In this document: positions 61,706 to 64,000 of the stretch, in pieces
Position numbering within the stretch: the first letter of the stretch is position 1
Layout of the letters: each line of letters starts with the position of its first letter
Sequence record: SRR31156797_4840
DNA length: 64,000 nucleotides
Strand: one strand, 5' to 3'
Program-made: the position numbers and the translations under genes
Notes under the pieces: generated by a model
What the model was told of the DNA's origin: nothing
What the model saw: only the letters and a program-made list of their open reading frames with translations
Database searches by the model: none

Positions 61706-61759
61706 ATTTGTACCAACGAATGTTTTGCGTAATCAAGAGAACCAAAAATAGGTAGCCGA

Positions 61760-62716
61760 TTATTCTTTGATCTTGAAAAGGTGGATCTGTTCGCTAAATG
61801 CAGCGACTTGTGCAGGATCGATCGTACCGTTTGTTTTCGAAAGCGCATTAGACATGCCACAAGCCATAGAATAGGTCAATGCTTGTTCCATTGGATACTG
61901 TTTATTCATTGCAACAGCCATACCACCAACGGTTGAATCGCCACAGCCAGTCGTATTAACGATGGCGATTTTAGGGATCTCGATCTTAAAAAAAGTCGAC
62001 TGGTGTTTAACGATTGCCCCATCGCCGCCTTGAGAAACCATGACGGTGTCGATCCCTTCGAAAAGAGTGCTCTCTAAGACAGAGAAAATGTCTTGCGATG
62101 AATGCAATTTTTGACCCATTAGTTCTTCTAATTCCTGTTGATTTGGTTTAATAAAATTCGGACGAGCATTCGTTTGAGTCAAACAATTTTTTAGTTGTTC
62201 CCCAGCTATATCCATGAGGATCGGGACTTGTTCACCTAATGATTGACGGATGAATTGAAGCAACTGATCGTGAAAGTGTCCATTATCAGAATTTACTGAT
62301 CCAGAAATACAGACGACCGTGATGGGGTGTTGTTTAATTATTGCTGCAAGGTGTTGGTAAAAAAGTTGTTCGTTTTCCTCCGACAGATAAAGTCCTTTTT
62401 CTACTAGCTCAGTATGAGTGTTACCGTCATGCATGATCGTGATCGCATTGCGAGAATTGCCGTCGATGGTGAGGAAATCCAATACATAACGTTCTTCAGC
62501 TAGTAAAGAATCAAGGATCGTTTTGCCTACAGGTCCACCTAAAATACCTGTCAATAAAACGGCTTCCCCAGATTGTGCGATGACTCTGCCAGCATTGATG
62601 CCTTTTCCTCCAATTGATGTATGTGGGTTATCTACCCGATTTACTTGATCCAATTTTAGCGAAGGAACAAGATAGTTGTAGTCCATGGAAGGGTTCATTG
62701 TGATGGTTAAAATCAT
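61760..62716 (-). CDS. PfkB-family hexose kinase (tagatose-6-phosphate kinase LacC-like)
   Basis: MILTITMNPSMD, GGKGIN, IKPNQQE, NTTGCGD. Confidence 0.88.
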   Translation of the reverse strand: MILTITMNPSMDYNYLVPSLKLDQVNRVDNPHTSIGGKGINAGRVIAQSGEAVLLTGILGGPVGKTILDSLLAEERYVLDFLTIDGNSRNAITIMHDGNTHTELVEKGLYLSEENEQLFYQHLAAIIKQHPITVVCISGSVNSDNGHFHDQLLQFIRQSLGEQVPILMDIAGEQLKNCLTQTNARPNFIKPNQQELEELMGQKLHSSQDIFSVLESTLFEGIDTVMVSQGGDGAIVKHQSTFFKIEIPKIAIVNTTGCGDSTVGGMAVAMNKQYPMEQALTYSMACGMSNALSKTNGTIDPAQVAAFSEQIHLFKIKE

Positions 62717-63474
62717 TTTTGTTCCTCCTTGAGGATCTCTGTAAAGGAACGATAATAGTCAAAAGTAGTCTCAGAAAGTTTATCATCAGTGATCAAATAG
62801 TCGATATCTGAAAGCGAGTAGAAGGTATAAACGTCAGAGCGATTAAACTTGGAACTATCTGCAACGATGCATTTTTTGCGGGAATGTTTGAATGCGACTC
62901 GTTGAATCGAACCTTCAACAAGATTTGCAGTGGTGATATTATTTTCAAAGATCCCATTTGTAGCAGCAAAAGCGATATCGATATTTAAATTTTCAAAACT
63001 CTTCTCTGCTGTTTCCCCATAAAATTCTTCCGTCGTGCGGGAAAATTCTCCACCGGTCAATAAGACACGATAGTCTGTGTTGTAAATCAAATAATTAAAA
63101 GCAAGTAAACTATTTGTGATCACGAATAAGTTTGCTTTTTTTAGTTCAGGTAAAGCGTGGAGCATCGTAGTTCCCGCACCGATATAGATAGTATCGTTGT
63201 CTGATATGATACTGTTCATTACTTTTCCGATGAATTTCTTTTCGGCAACGTTCGTATCGATTTTTTCTTGAGTAGAAAGCTCGTGTTCGATTTTTTCGAG
63301 TTTTTGGGCGCCACCATAGATTTTTACCAATAAAGATTGATTCGCTAACTCTGTAATATCTCTACGAATGGTCATATCGGAAACGTCTAATGTTTTGGCT
63401 ATTTCTGCAATGGATAAGTAATCGTGCTGATTCACTAGCGCTAGAATTTTTTCTTGCCGTTCTTTCTTTAACAT
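62713..63474 (-). CDS. lacR: DeoR-family repressor (LacR-like)
   Basis: MLKKERQEKI, VSDMTIRRD, GAGTT, TNSL. Confidence 0.8.
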   Translation of the reverse strand: MLKKERQEKILALVNQHDYLSIAEIAKTLDVSDMTIRRDITELANQSLLVKIYGGAQKLEKIEHELSTQEKIDTNVAEKKFIGKVMNSIISDNDTIYIGAGTTMLHALPELKKANLFVITNSLLAFNYLIYNTDYRVLLTGGEFSRTTEEFYGETAEKSFENLNIDIAFAATNGIFENNITTANLVEGSIQRVAFKHSRKKCIVADSSKFNRSDVYTFYSLSDIDYLITDDKLSETTFDYYRSFTEILKEEQK

Positions 63475-63647
63475 AGTTTCACCTCTGGTTGATTAACGAT
63501 TTTTTTAAGTTTCTTTTTTATCGATGTTCTTTATACATTAATTAATAGCATTTACTTTTGGAAAAAGCAAGGGAAAATGTTCATCTTTGTTAAAGTTTGA
63601 TAGTTTCGTGTATTGGTGAAAGGAATCAGTTTGAAAAAAATACCAAA

Positions 63648-63684
63648 AGAAAGCGTTGACAAGAAAAATTAACTATTGTATATT
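63648..63684 (+). promoter_or_regulatory. PTS operon promoter with overlapping cre site
   Basis: AGAAAGCGTTGACA cre-like site overlapping TTGACA-17-TATATT. Confidence 0.7.
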
Positions 63685-63755
63685 TACATTGTAAAACATA
63701 TTGTAACAAACTTTAACAATATTTATCATTTGAGTTGAACAAGGAGGAAGAATAG

Positions 63756-64000
63756 GTGGGCTATACGAGCATGTTTGATGAAAGGCTAATTTTTATCGAT
63801 GTGGAAGGAGAGGAGTTGAAAGAACTATTTGAAGAAATAGCAAAACGATTACAGCAACAAGGTTTTGTGAATGAACAGTATGTAGAAGGATTACTAGCAA
63901 GAGAACAAGCTTTTCCAACTGGACTGATTACACAGTATTTGAATATTGGCTTGCCTCATTCAGAACCAGCGTATGTCGAAAAGCCTTTTATTGCGATCGT
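63756..64000 (+). CDS. PTS EIIA component (galactitol/galactose type), truncated by the window end
   Basis: Not in the ORF track; RBS AAGGAGG + GTG; translates MGYTSMFDERLIF...AREQAFPTGL...GLPHSE. Confidence 0.85.
   Translation, partial: MGYTSMFDERLIFIDVEGEELKELFEEIAKRLQQQGFVNEQYVEGLLAREQAFPTGLITQYLNIGLPHSEPAYVEKPFIAI

Noticed and set aside
63690-63708. WalR box upstream of the PTS gene (TGTAAA-N6-TGTAAC)
   Set aside because: Spacing is 6 rather than 5; more plausibly part of the DeoR/LacR operator region

Overview
Chromosomal segment of a low-GC Firmicute, most consistent with an Enterococcus of the casseliflavus/gallinarum group (inferred from gene content, not verified). 0.7-12.2 kb: a WxL cell-surface locus (giant 1622-aa WxL protein, mini LPXTG protein, three small WxL paralogues, DUF916/DUF3324 protein, sortase, orphan exported protein, Mga-like regulator). 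14.3-14.6 kb: two tandem paralogous small RNAs carrying an anti-SD/anti-AUG stretch. The rest is mostly housekeeping and metabolism: brnQ, a lysine-riboswitch ABC importer, a BcrAB-like ABC exporter with a two-component system, sirtuin/maa-chorismate mutase/niaR, tandem Met T-boxes + metNIQ + M20 hydrolase, def, mupG-murQ-murP, an LPXTG protein, TetR + heterodimeric ABC exporter, argD/argCJB, a CppA-like gene, an orphan sugar ABC importer, manA, a cysteine desulfurase, amaP-asp23, mnmA, lacC/lacR-like genes and the start of a PTS operon. No IS, prophage, CRISPR, rRNA or tRNA was seen. Best candidate for an undescribed system: the WxL locus looks like a sortase-anchored, donor-strand-complemented fibre, because the mini LPXTG protein consists of little more than the same N-terminal Y-x-S-N-G strand found on all three small WxL subunits. 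All calls come from reading the sequence; no database searches were run.
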